From positions 122,128 to 186,127 of the forward strand of contig DOZH01000008.1 in assembly GCA_003518105.1 (NCBI GenBank): 64,000 nt of DNA, in the 5' to 3' direction. Below are positions 28,159-37,209 of the stretch, one piece after another. Below the pieces are notes generated by a model. The model had not been told where the DNA came from. It worked only from the letters and a program-made list of their open reading frames with translations, and made no database searches. The stretch is from Candidatus Uhrbacteria bacterium (lineage in GTDB: Bacteria; Patescibacteriota; Patescibacteriia; UBA9934). Each line of letters opens with the position of its first letter. Position 1 is the stretch's first letter. The position numbers were made by a program, and so were the translations under genes.

Positions 28159-28868
28159 ACAAGATGATGTTTTTTAACAATTATCTGTCGTGCCGCTTCA
28201 TACTTACTGACACGGGCCGGCTTCCACGGCAACCAACGCCATGGTAGTTGGTACACGAACGATGGCAGCCAACTCGAGCCGATGCGTGATGGCCCGTCGA
28301 TGGTGACGTCGAACCACACGCCGGGTACTAATATGCCCTCAAAGCCACGTTCTAGCATGGTGAGCCACACGTCCCAGTCCTGAAAGCGTTTAATAGTCTC
28401 GTCAAAGCCCGGAAATATACTGTGTTTTACCAAACAAGTAGTATGCACAAAGTTGACCCGCTTTAAACGACTAGCGCTAAACGGCAGGCCACGGAAGACC
28501 TTCCAACCAAAACGGAAACCGGTGTAAGCGTAACCAACATTTTTTGGCGCTGACTCGAGCGCGGCAAAACATTTGGTGAGCATGCCTTTTTTAAGGACGA
28601 CGTCCGCGTCCGCAAACATGAGGTACTTACCGGTCGCCGCATAGAGTCCTCGATTTCTGGCCGGATTAGAGCCTTTGTTCTCCTGGTGGATGACCGTCAC
28701 TCTATCCTCATATTTTTTGAGCACCTCAGCCGTGTTATCCGTACTCCCATCGTCGACCACAATCACCTCAATGCCGACTCCCGCTTGCGCCAAAATAGAA
28801 TCCAAGCAAGCTGGCAAAGTTGCCGCATGCTGGTAGGTTGGCACAATGACGGAAATGAGTGGCTTCAT
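28155..28868 (-). CDS. family 2 glycosyltransferase (GT2, 237 aa)
   Basis: ISVIVPTYQHAATLPACLDSIL..VIVVDDGSTD. It has a 4-nt start/stop overlap with the neighbouring GT2. Confidence 0.8.
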   Translation of the reverse strand: MKPLISVIVPTYQHAATLPACLDSILAQAGVGIEVIVVDDGSTDNTAEVLKKYEDRVTVIHQENKGSNPARNRGLYAATGKYLMFADADVVLKKGMLTKCFAALESAPKNVGYAYTGFRFGWKVFRGLPFSASRLKRVNFVHTTCLVKHSIFPGFDETIKRFQDWDVWLTMLERGFEGILVPGVWFDVTIDGPSRIGSSWLPSFVYQLPWRWLPWKPARVSKYEAARQIIVKKHHLV

Positions 28869-28869
28869 A

Positions 28870-29916
28870 CTAGCTCAGTAATTCATCTAACTTCGACATC
28901 TGCGCCAACCTCGTGAACTCAGCGAGCACTCGTTCCCTTCCCTTCTTTCCTTGCTGCGCGCCGAGTTCTCGATCGTTTACGTAGCCTTCGATGACTTTCG
29001 TTAACATCTCCACCGAGCCATCAATCAGCGTCCCCGTCCCTTCATCGATAACCGCCTCATCAACTCCCGGTGTGTTATTAGCAATCACGGGCAGTCCAAA
29101 CAACCCAGCCTCCAAATACACAATCCCAAACCCTTCTCTGTCCGTCACTGTCTTCTTAGCTGGCATGACAAACACATCAGCGTCATTATAAAATCGTACG
29201 AGGTCAGCGTTCTCAATGATACTGTGCACAGTTACACGGTTACGCAGCTCGAGCTCGTCTATCTTCTCTTCGATGACACTTTTAAATGGTCCGTCACCTA
29301 CAATATCATACCTAACCGCAGGCAAGTTCTTGATCGCTTCCAACACCAACAAATGACCCTTTCGTTCCACCAATCTAGCCACCGTCAACAGCCGCAGCCC
29401 AGTTCTAGCCTCACCTACCGCCGAGTCCGAGCCTCGATTATCATTCCCCTCATCGATTACCTCTGCACTCTTCACCATCTCATCGGCAATACATGGATAA
29501 ACAACTAGCGGCTCAACCCCTGGCACAAACTCCGTCACCTCGCTGGCCAAGGCTTGTGAGTTCGTCACCACCTTCTTGGCGAGTCGCAATATTCTCTTCG
29601 TTAACTCCCTCCGCACTATTCCCTGCCGAGCCAGGTCGAAATCGAGTCCGTGCAGAAAGATGACGTACGGCTTACCGCCAAGTAACTTTGCCGCCAACGC
29701 TGCGGTACCAAACGGCAACACATGATGGATCCACAACTGATCGTAATCTGCACGACCTTGCCAGTACAGAGAAAAGAGTTCGTTATAACTTGGCATGACG
29801 TCAAACGCCGTGACTTCGACGTTGCCCGGGAAAGTCTGCTTGATAGCCTCAATATAGCGCGCGACTCCGCCCTTGAATCCTGGAGCCTCAATTGTCGGCA
29901 AGAGAATACGGGCCAT
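28870..29916 (-). CDS. family 4 (GT1-fold) glycosyltransferase
   Basis: C-terminal EGFGIVYLEAGLFGLPVI motif. The start at 29916 (MARILLP) abuts the flippase stop at 29918; the ORF-track frame extends to 30012. Confidence 0.75.
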   Translation of the reverse strand: MARILLPTIEAPGFKGGVARYIEAIKQTFPGNVEVTAFDVMPSYNELFSLYWQGRADYDQLWIHHVLPFGTAALAAKLLGGKPYVIFLHGLDFDLARQGIVRRELTKRILRLAKKVVTNSQALASEVTEFVPGVEPLVVYPCIADEMVKSAEVIDEGNDNRGSDSAVGEARTGLRLLTVARLVERKGHLLVLEAIKNLPAVRYDIVGDGPFKSVIEEKIDELELRNRVTVHSIIENADLVRFYNDADVFVMPAKKTVTDREGFGIVYLEAGLFGLPVIANNTPGVDEAVIDEGTGTLIDGSVEMLTKVIEGYVNDRELGAQQGKKGRERVLAEFTRLAQMSKLDELLS

Positions 29917-29917
29917 A

Positions 29918-31348
29918 TTAGCGTCGACGAAGAATCTGGCGGAAGGAATGGAGGTGCTCCACGGTGAAAGCTCGGCTAGCAAAGATACAAATAACGTAGA
30001 CGAGGCCACCAATTATCATCGACGCTACAAAAGGAACGTGGGATTTGATGACGAAAACGACGAGTGCCATGAACAGACCAGATAAATAAAAGCCCCCGAC
30101 ACTCTTAATCAGCTCGATAAACTTGAGTGAGGCAATGGGGGCGGCAAAATACCAGCCAACGGAAAACATGACGACAAAGGAGATTATGGCGGCTACACAG
30201 GCGCCAGCAATGCCGAGGATTGGAATAAGGATGAGATTGGCCACTACGTTGATGACCATGACGCTGCCCATGATGGCAGTTTTGATATGTTGGCGACGAG
30301 TGGCGTTGAGCAGCGACCCGATCGGGAAGTCGAGGAAAATTGGTAAGAGCACGAAGATGAGAATCGACAAGGGAATGGCGGCACTCGCGTAGTCATGGTT
30401 AAAATAACTAATAATTTCTGGAGCTAACGACCAAATACCAAAAACGATCGGGGCCGCCAAAAGCGAGACATACCACTCAGCGTCAAGAAAAATCTTTTTT
30501 AGTTGAGCGGGATTATCCGCGGCTGCACTCATGGTTGGATACAGAGCACCAATAAAGGCCAGCGGCAAAAACTGAAAAGCGTAAGTCAACTTATAAGCCA
30601 CACCGTAAACCCCCACCGCTGCTTGACCGAGAATAGCGTTCAAGACGAAGCTATCAAAATAGGAGTAGATTTTGACGAAAACGGCGGCCAGAAAGAACGG
30701 AAAAGCCATGCGGAGGAGGACCGTGTCGAAAGAAACTTTGGGAAGAAGCGACCTGCAGCCGAGGCGGCGAGCCACCTGGTAGGCGGAAAAGAAGAGGTTG
30801 AAGGTGCTGCCGAGGGTGAGGGCCAGAACTAGTGTCGGCAAGGTGGCGGTGTGGGTGATGATGAGAACAAGGCCGAGGACCGTGGACAATAACTGACCAG
30901 AGAAAATACCGAGTGACTCGTAGGCCAGATTTTGCAGGCCGCGCAAGACGCTGTAGAAAGTCAGCGACAAGGTGTCCGCAATCATAATGCCGAGCGCTAA
31001 AAGCACAAGCATCTGCACCTGCTCAGTGTAGCCGACAACAGCCGGAAGAATGAAAGCGATAGTAATGGAGCACGGAATAGTGAAGAGCTTGAAACCCAGA
31101 ATGCTGCGCAGCCACCTGGTTGCCTCACTTGGTGTGCGGGCTACTTCACGCGTCAACACGGAGGTGAGGCCGATATCGTCCAGCACGCCAATAGTCGTCA
31201 CCATGCCGAGAGCCAAGAAGTACGCGCCATTGCCGCTACTCCCCAGATAATTCGCTAAAATAGCAAAATAGGCAAAAGCTATGCACTTCTGCCCAATACT
31301 CGCCGCTGTCAAAAACAGGGTATTTTTAGCTAGTTTACTGGTGGTCAT
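29918..31348 (-). CDS. oligosaccharide flippase (Wzx/MOP superfamily, 476 aa)
   Basis: Fourteen predicted transmembrane helices and a polysaccharide-biosynthesis-protein-type N-terminus (LAKNTLFLTAASIGQKCIAFAYFAILA). Confidence 0.7.
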   Translation of the reverse strand: MTTSKLAKNTLFLTAASIGQKCIAFAYFAILANYLGSSGNGAYFLALGMVTTIGVLDDIGLTSVLTREVARTPSEATRWLRSILGFKLFTIPCSITIAFILPAVVGYTEQVQMLVLLALGIMIADTLSLTFYSVLRGLQNLAYESLGIFSGQLLSTVLGLVLIITHTATLPTLVLALTLGSTFNLFFSAYQVARRLGCRSLLPKVSFDTVLLRMAFPFFLAAVFVKIYSYFDSFVLNAILGQAAVGVYGVAYKLTYAFQFLPLAFIGALYPTMSAAADNPAQLKKIFLDAEWYVSLLAAPIVFGIWSLAPEIISYFNHDYASAAIPLSILIFVLLPIFLDFPIGSLLNATRRQHIKTAIMGSVMVINVVANLILIPILGIAGACVAAIISFVVMFSVGWYFAAPIASLKFIELIKSVGGFYLSGLFMALVVFVIKSHVPFVASMIIGGLVYVICIFASRAFTVEHLHSFRQILRRR

Positions 31349-31431
31349 GTGGCTTAATAGTACCCCGAATTAGCGATGTTTACAAACAAAAATCCCCCAC
31401 TTGCGTGAGAGATCCTTGCTGGATAAGCGAA

Positions 31432-31827
31432 TTAACGCTTGCGCCACTGTGGTGAACGGCGAGCACCATGCTTACCGAACTTCTTGCGCTCCTTCTTGCG
31501 AGGGTCGCGGGTCAAGAGGCTCTGAGCCTTCAAGGTTGCCTTGAGGGCTTCGTCCATCATGACGAGGGCGCGAGCAATACCGAGCTTTACGGCGTCGGAC
31601 TGACCGGTTGGACCACCACCGACGGTCTTGACGGTGACGTCCATGCTGGTCAAGTTACCCGTTTCCTTGAGTGGGCGCTCAACAGAGGCCTGCAAAGTTG
31701 GGGTGGTGAAGAACTCCTGATATGGTTTACCGTTGACGGTGATCTTACCGCTACCAGCTGGGTACAAGCGCACCTGAGCTACTGCAGTCTTACGACGACC
31801 GACGGATTGGAAATACTTTTCAGCCAT
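31432..31827 (-). CDS. rpsI: 30S ribosomal protein S9
   Basis: GRRKTAVA N-terminal motif and ARRSPQWRKR C-terminus. Confidence 0.95.
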   Translation of the reverse strand: MAEKYFQSVGRRKTAVAQVRLYPAGSGKITVNGKPYQEFFTTPTLQASVERPLKETGNLTSMDVTVKTVGGGPTGQSDAVKLGIARALVMMDEALKATLKAQSLLTRDPRKKERKKFGKHGARRSPQWRKR

Positions 31828-31828
31828 A

Positions 31829-32197
31829 TTAGGAAATTGACAACCGCTTCATGCGGTTCGTGCGGTGCTTGTTCTTTGGCAACATACGGGACACGGCAGC
31901 GCGGAGGACGGATGCTGGATCCTTTTCCCACATCACACGCATCGTGGTCTCGTGAATACCGCCTGGGTGACCACTGTGATGGAAGTACTTCTTATCTTCG
32001 TACTTTTTGCCCGTCACCTTGATTCCGGCGCAGTTGGTCACGACGACCAGGTTGCCAGCGTCCACGTTTGGCTGGTAAACAGCACTGGTCTTACCCATGA
32101 GGTTCATGGCAATTTGTGTTGCCAAGCGACCGAGGATTTTGCCAGTAGCGTCGAAGGCCACCGTCTTACGGACTGGATTGATTATTGTGTTTGCCAT
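31829..32197 (-). CDS. rplM: 50S ribosomal protein L13
   Basis: ILGRLAT..GHPGG...MLPKN motifs, and adjacent to rpsI. Confidence 0.95.
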   Translation of the reverse strand: MANTIINPVRKTVAFDATGKILGRLATQIAMNLMGKTSAVYQPNVDAGNLVVVTNCAGIKVTGKKYEDKKYFHHSGHPGGIHETTMRVMWEKDPASVLRAAVSRMLPKNKHRTNRMKRLSIS

Positions 32198-32199
32198 AT

Positions 32200-32550
32200 T
32201 TAGACGAATTCGATGAGCGCCAAGTCAGCTGCATCACCCTTACGAGCACCGAGTTTGGTGATTCGTGTATAACCGCCGGTGCGAGTTAGGAAACGAGGAC
32301 CAAGAACTTCGAGCAACTTCTTCACTGGCTGTTCAGTCGTGAAGTAGCCGAGCAAGGCGCGGCGAGTAGCTAGGTCGTTCTTGCGGGCCATGGTGACCAA
32401 CTTCTCCACCGCTGGACGAGCATACTTAGCACGAGCGATGGTCGTTTCAATCTTTTCATAAGTGATAAGACTGGTGACCAAGTCGCGTAACATTGCTTTG
32501 CGGCCAGAGGTATGGCGACTAAATGTTTTCTTATTTTTACGATGTCGCAT
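32200..32550 (-). CDS. rplQ: 50S ribosomal protein L17
   Basis: MRHRKNKKTFSRHTSGRKAM...TT..RAK and the usual position after rpoA. Confidence 0.95.
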   Translation of the reverse strand: MRHRKNKKTFSRHTSGRKAMLRDLVTSLITYEKIETTIARAKYARPAVEKLVTMARKNDLATRRALLGYFTTEQPVKKLLEVLGPRFLTRTGGYTRITKLGARKGDAADLALIEFV

Positions 32551-32555
32551 ACGTG

Positions 32556-33299
32556 TTAGCCTTCGGCCGAAGCATCAGATGCTTTCGCGATCTGCTCGGT
32601 GAGTGAGGCGTGGCTAAGCTGGCTTTGAATCCAGGTGAAGTGATTGAGAAGAATTTTGGTGGCGTGTTCCACGGCTTCTTGGGCCGTCACTGTACCATCA
32701 GTAATGATGTTCATGATGACCTTGTCGTAGTTGGTGATTTCACCAACTCGGGTGTTTTCAATGCGGATACCACACTGACGAACTGGGCTGAACATGGCGT
32801 CAACGCCGATCATACCAATTTCCGTGTTAGGTACTTCGCGCTCTTCGGTTGGCATGTAACCGCGGCCCCGGGAGACCACAATGTCCATTTCGAAATTAAT
32901 ACTGTCAGTCAAGGTACAAAGGACCAAATCCGGATTCATGATTTCCACGTCAGCGTTGGCTGAAATGTCAGCCGCTGTGATGACGCCAGGCTTGTTAGCT
33001 GTTACTTTCAAGGTTACCGGCTCTTCCGAGTGGACCTTCAAGCGCAACTGCTTCAAGTTCAACATGATTTCCAAACCGTCTTCTTTGACACCAGTGATGG
33101 CGGCAAACTCATGCTGCACACCCTTGATCTTCATGGCCGTAACTGCGGCACCAGGCAAAGACGAGAGCAATACGCGGCGGAGTGCATTACCAACTGTCGT
33201 ACCGTAACCGTGATGGAGAGGCTCGATAGTGAGAATAGCTTCGTGCTCGTGTTCCCCTGCAGTGAAGTACATCTTTGACGGTAGAAGAATGTTCTCCAT
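32556..33299 (-). CDS. rpoA: DNA-directed RNA polymerase alpha subunit, N-terminal domain only (247 aa)
   Basis: Alpha-NTD motifs (GYGTTVGNALRRVLLSSLPGAA, VEDGLEI). The protein ends about 80 residues short of where an alpha-CTD would lie. Confidence 0.9.
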   Translation of the reverse strand: MENILLPSKMYFTAGEHEHEAILTIEPLHHGYGTTVGNALRRVLLSSLPGAAVTAMKIKGVQHEFAAITGVKEDGLEIMLNLKQLRLKVHSEEPVTLKVTANKPGVITAADISANADVEIMNPDLVLCTLTDSINFEMDIVVSRGRGYMPTEEREVPNTEIGMIGVDAMFSPVRQCGIRIENTRVGEITNYDKVIMNIITDGTVTAQEAVEHATKILLNHFTWIQSQLSHASLTEQIAKASDASAEG

Positions 33300-33311
33300 A
33301 GGATAATGGGA

Positions 33312-33935
33312 TTAGCGCATCGAGTAAAACTCGACGATTAGCTTAGGATCAAACACTTCCTTAAGGTCCTCGCCTGCCGGAATGCTGACCACTTTGCCCA
33401 CATTGTTTTCCATATGGAGCCAACCAGGAACGGTGGTGGTCTTCAAACGATCACTCAAGTCGCTGAATACTTTCTTTTCCTTCTTGTTCTCGCGGAGGCC
33501 GACGACGTCACCGACACGGACCTGATATGAAGGAATGTTGACCTTGATACCGTTGACCGTGAACATGCCGTGGCTAACCATCTGACGAGCCTGTGGACGA
33601 GTCTTGGCAAAGCCGAGACGGAAGGCTGTGTTGTCCAAGCGGAGCTCGAGCAAACGGCACAACTGTTCACCGGTGTTACCTTCCATCTTCTCCGCTTTAG
33701 CGAAGTAGTTACGGAACTGACGCTCCATCATGCCGTACAAACGCTTGGCCTTTTGCTTCTCACGCAACTGCTGGCCGTAGACCGACAAGCGTGATGGGCG
33801 ACCCATGTTCTTCTTGCCGTGCACACCAGGTGGGTATGGACGCTTCTGCATGAGTTTTAAGATGCTGGAACTCGTGGAAAGTGGGACGCCTTCACGACGA
33901 CTCATTTTGCCGAGCTTATTTAATGTTTTTCCCAT
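33312..33935 (-). CDS. rpsD: 30S ribosomal protein S4
   Basis: KLGKMSRREG..., GNTGEQL, and the S4 RNA-binding domain. Confidence 0.95.
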   Translation of the reverse strand: MGKTLNKLGKMSRREGVPLSTSSSILKLMQKRPYPPGVHGKKNMGRPSRLSVYGQQLREKQKAKRLYGMMERQFRNYFAKAEKMEGNTGEQLCRLLELRLDNTAFRLGFAKTRPQARQMVSHGMFTVNGIKVNIPSYQVRVGDVVGLRENKKEKKVFSDLSDRLKTTTVPGWLHMENNVGKVVSIPAGEDLKEVFDPKLIVEFYSMR

Positions 33936-33938
33936 AGA

Positions 33939-34379
33939 TTACATGCGACGTGCTCGACGTGGACGGCAGCCGTTGTGGGCTACTGGCGTCAAGTCGTTGA
34001 TCGAGAGAACGTTGAAACCGTTGCCGTTCAAAGCGCGCAAGGCTCCGTCACGGCCGTTGCCGATACCGCTGACGAAAACGTGAATGTCTTTGAGTCCGTA
34101 CACTGCGCTAGCCTCGGCAATCTTTTTGACGATGACACTGGCGGCGTATGGGGTGGCCTTCTTCGGACCTTTGAAACCACAGTTACCGGCGCTTGACCAG
34201 GTGACAGTGTTACCGTTTGGATCCGTCAAAGTTACGATAGTGTTGTTAAAGCTGGCTTGGATGTAAGCGCGGCCCTGGGGAATGGTGCGCATCACGCGCT
34301 TCTTACCCTTAGCTGTGCGGAGCGTCTTGTCGGCCTTTCCTTTGGCTACTGGAGCCTCTTTGATAATTTCTTCAGTCAT
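33939..34379 (-). CDS. rpsK: 30S ribosomal protein S11
   Basis: AYIQASFNNTIVTLTD...GFKG and a C-terminus ending ...RPRRARR. Confidence 0.95.
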   Translation of the reverse strand: MTEEIIKEAPVAKGKADKTLRTAKGKKRVMRTIPQGRAYIQASFNNTIVTLTDPNGNTVTWSSAGNCGFKGPKKATPYAASVIVKKIAEASAVYGLKDIHVFVSGIGNGRDGALRALNGNGFNVLSINDLTPVAHNGCRPRRARRM

Positions 34380-34387
34380 AGCAGGGC

Positions 34388-34774
34388 TTAGGTCTTGGTT
34401 AACATGCGGCGACCACTTCCGGCCGTCTTACGAACGTTGCCACGTACTGTACGTGAGTTCGACTTGGTACGTTGACCACGAACCGGCAAACCCTTGGTGT
34501 GACGGGAACCGCGGTAAGAACCAATGTCCTTCAGGCGCTTGATGTGGCCCATGACTTCGCGACGCAATTCACCTTCAACGCGGAATTCCTTTTCCACAAT
34601 CGTGCGGATGGCGTTTTCCTCATCTGGGGTCAAATCCTTAACGCGAGTTTCTGGACTTACCTTCGAGCGGGTAAGAATGTCAGCTGCACGGGTCTCACCT
34701 ACTCCAAAAATGTATTGGAGGGCAATGACGATGCGCTTGTTGTTTGGGAGTGTTACTCCAGCAATACGTGCCAT
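34388..34774 (-). CDS. rpsM: 30S ribosomal protein S13
   Basis: [10 protein letters not shown]...YIFGVG N-terminus. Confidence 0.95.
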   Translation of the reverse strand: MARIAGVTLPNNKRIVIALQYIFGVGETRAADILTRSKVSPETRVKDLTPDEENAIRTIVEKEFRVEGELRREVMGHIKRLKDIGSYRGSRHTKGLPVRGQRTKSNSRTVRGNVRKTAGSGRRMLTKT

Positions 34775-34777
34775 AGA

Positions 34778-34894
34778 CTAACCTTGACGTTGTTTATGCT
34801 TCGGACTCTTGGGACAAATGACGTGAACTCGACCTTGGCGGCGAACCACCTGGCAGTCGCGACACATCGGCTTCACTGATGCACGAACTTTCAT
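34778..34894 (-). CDS. rpmJ: 50S ribosomal protein L36 (38 aa). It is absent from the ORF track because of its size.
   Basis: Manual translation gives [38 protein letters not shown], a C4 zinc ribbon. The start is at 34892-34894 and the TAG stop at 34778-34780. Confidence 0.85.
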   Translation of the reverse strand: MKVRASVKPMCRDCQVVRRQGRVHVICPKSPKHKQRQG

Positions 34895-34994
34895 ACGCAA
34901 ATTAATTGACGAACTAGTTCTTAACTGTGTCTTACGACAAAATCATCCGGCAAACGGGGGATGATTTTGACGAAGGATGTCATGCCTTTACCGC

Positions 34995-35210
34995 CTAGAA
35001 ACGGAAAGTGATGCGTCCTTTTGTGAGATCATACGGACTGATCTCAACTTTGACATCGTCACCTGGCAGGATACGAATGCGATTTTGGCGCATCTTACCC
35101 GACAAGTGAGCGAGAATCTCTTGGTCGTTCTCGAGGGTTACTCGGAACGAGCCTGCAGGTAGGGCCTCCATGACCTCTCCCCGCATCTCAATAAACTGCT
35201 TTTCTACCAT
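34995..35210 (-). CDS. infA: translation initiation factor IF-1
   Basis: S1-like OB fold with [28 protein letters not shown]. Confidence 0.9.
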   Translation of the reverse strand: MVEKQFIEMRGEVMEALPAGSFRVTLENDQEILAHLSGKMRQNRIRILPGDDVKVEISPYDLTKGRITFRF

Positions 35211-35307
35211 AGTGTAGCGGGACTATAGCAAATCTTCGCTATCTTTGCAAGAAAAGCTTGGTTTCTTGAGTTGGCGCAATGGTACTTCATGTAATGTTTA
35301 GTGTCAA

Positions 35308-36153
35308 TTATTTAGCCTTTTTAGACTTGAAGATGTTTCTTAGATCTTTTATATTGTCCCATACGGACTTTACTGGGCGTAGTTCGTTGGCTGGCTCCGC
35401 AGTTTTTGCAGCTCTAAGCTCTAATGGTAAAGCTGGTGGTCGAGCCCCTTCTTTATTCACAACCAAACGCTTGAAATCTGCAAAAGTATTAATTTTGATT
35501 ATATTTGGAAAGCCCTCCATACCTGCTCTACCCTGCATTTTAGTGTTCAGAGCCCAGTAATCCTTAAAAGCCTGGTAACGATCTTCTGGCGTCATTTGCT
35601 CATTTTCAACCTCCGCCATCAACCGACGTTTTTCCAAATTCTGTGCGTCCCTCTCTCGCCTATCAGGACTAAGACTTGGTCTTGACATAGCCCTCAACTC
35701 ATCCTCCTCAACTAATTCAGATTCTGGCACTGGCTCAGGCTCACCTCGCAATTGACGCAATTTCTGGCTTGCCCTCGCTCTATCTCTTGTCACTAGAGCC
35801 TTATCTGCCCTCGAAGTTTTCCTCAGGCTCTCATTGTGAAGTTTGTCAGCGTCTGCCCACAAGTTGAATTCCATTAAACTCAATTCCTTATCAACAGATG
35901 GCAAATGAGGCGATACTTCCAAGCCACCACCTCCAGCTAAAGCCGCCTGTCTGTATACGACGTAGGCATCGTAGCGCTCCTCCAGTGGCGATGCCTCATT
36001 CAAAATCTTATTTGCTGCCTCCATCTTCACTGCCTTCCACTTTTGCTCATTTTCTCGCCGACTTGCCCTCGCCTCTTTCTCCGCTGGTGACAATTCATGA
36101 TACGTTCCTGGAAGCTCACCTCGCTGAGTCTTGCTCATTACATCATTAGCCAT
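35308..36153 (-). CDS. hypothetical highly charged, probably disordered or coiled-coil protein (281 aa)
   Basis: ORF track entry, rich in E/R/K/A. It shares an ER[YF]QA[FY] motif with 36518-37198. Confidence 0.45.
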   Translation of the reverse strand: MANDVMSKTQRGELPGTYHELSPAEKEARASRRENEQKWKAVKMEAANKILNEASPLEERYDAYVVYRQAALAGGGGLEVSPHLPSVDKELSLMEFNLWADADKLHNESLRKTSRADKALVTRDRARASQKLRQLRGEPEPVPESELVEEDELRAMSRPSLSPDRRERDAQNLEKRRLMAEVENEQMTPEDRYQAFKDYWALNTKMQGRAGMEGFPNIIKINTFADFKRLVVNKEGARPPALPLELRAAKTAEPANELRPVKSVWDNIKDLRNIFKSKKAK

Positions 36154-36170
36154 ATTCGATAATTAATATC

Positions 36171-36509
36171 TTATTCTCCCCCACCAAACATCTTCGCCCA
36201 CCAACCCCTAATACCCTTACTTACTCTCTTTTCTTCAACAGCTGGCGAGAACGTCGGCAAATCTCCGGTGTCAAATGTATCCTCAGCCCTGTGCGCCTCA
36301 CCTGGTGGAGCCTGATCGATACCCTGCCGGATAACTCTCGCCTTAGCTGCTTCTAATCTCGCCATAGCTATCTCTGCGTATGGTTGTTTGGTGGGCTTTT
36401 TATCGGGAATCACCTCAAACTCTCCTCTATAGCCAGGCAGATCTGCCCTACCCTTATTCACCCGTTCAGTAGACACTCTCTCTCGCTGCGACAAAATATC
36501 ATCTTCCAT
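36171..36509 (-). CDS. hypothetical protein (112 aa) ending in the motif GIRGWWAKMFGGGE
   Basis: ORF track entry. Its C-terminal motif is shared with the next gene. Confidence 0.4.
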   Translation of the reverse strand: MEDDILSQRERVSTERVNKGRADLPGYRGEFEVIPDKKPTKQPYAEIAMARLEAAKARVIRQGIDQAPPGEAHRAEDTFDTGDLPTFSPAVEEKRVSKGIRGWWAKMFGGGE

Positions 36510-36517
36510 AAGTCTTA

Positions 36518-37198
36518 TTATTTACTCTCTCCCCTGCCAAACATCTTCCTAAACCAACCCTTAATCCCTTCAATTAATCCTTTACCCGGCTTACGTTCAC
36601 CATTACCACTATAACTTTTCTCACTGCTATAGCTTTCTGACGAAATGCTAGATGATCTCTTAGCTGCATTAGCTAACTTGCCGATTTCTTTCTTCTTAAC
36701 GACTATTTTCTCTGCCTTGTTCTGCACCAGAGGTCTTTCAGTTTCATCATCTTCAAATGACTCAATCTCTCCACCTATATTCTCGTCATCTACAGCTTCC
36801 AATTCAGCATAGGCCTCCATTACTCCTTGACCGACAAAATCACGATCTTGATCAATTGCGTCAGCTATTCTTTCTTGTTCATAAGCTGCTTGATCCTGCT
36901 TTATCTGTTCGATAGTCTTTTGCAACTGCTCGGATTCCTGCCAAGCTTCTACACCCTCCTCGTCATACGCTTGGAACCTTTCTCTAGTAACCCAATCCTT
37001 TTTCTTCTTACCGCGTAATTTATCTAATTTTAAAGCAGCCTCAAAACGCTGCTCAAACGTCGAAGTCGCATAATCATGTGCTTGGTCCTCAGCATCATCG
37101 AGGTTATCCTGTAATTCTTGAGCTCTTTGTTCTCTTTCGGATCGAACTCTTTTTAAAGAATCAATCGGATGCAACATCGAATTAAGCATATCCCCCAT
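36518..37198 (-). CDS. hypothetical acidic protein (226 aa) ending GIKGWFRKMFGRGESK
   Basis: ORF track entry with a paralogous C-terminal motif. Confidence 0.45.
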   Translation of the reverse strand: MGDMLNSMLHPIDSLKRVRSEREQRAQELQDNLDDAEDQAHDYATSTFEQRFEAALKLDKLRGKKKKDWVTRERFQAYDEEGVEAWQESEQLQKTIEQIKQDQAAYEQERIADAIDQDRDFVGQGVMEAYAELEAVDDENIGGEIESFEDDETERPLVQNKAEKIVVKKKEIGKLANAAKRSSSISSESYSSEKSYSGNGERKPGKGLIEGIKGWFRKMFGRGESK

Positions 37199-37209
37199 TA
37201 TATCACACC

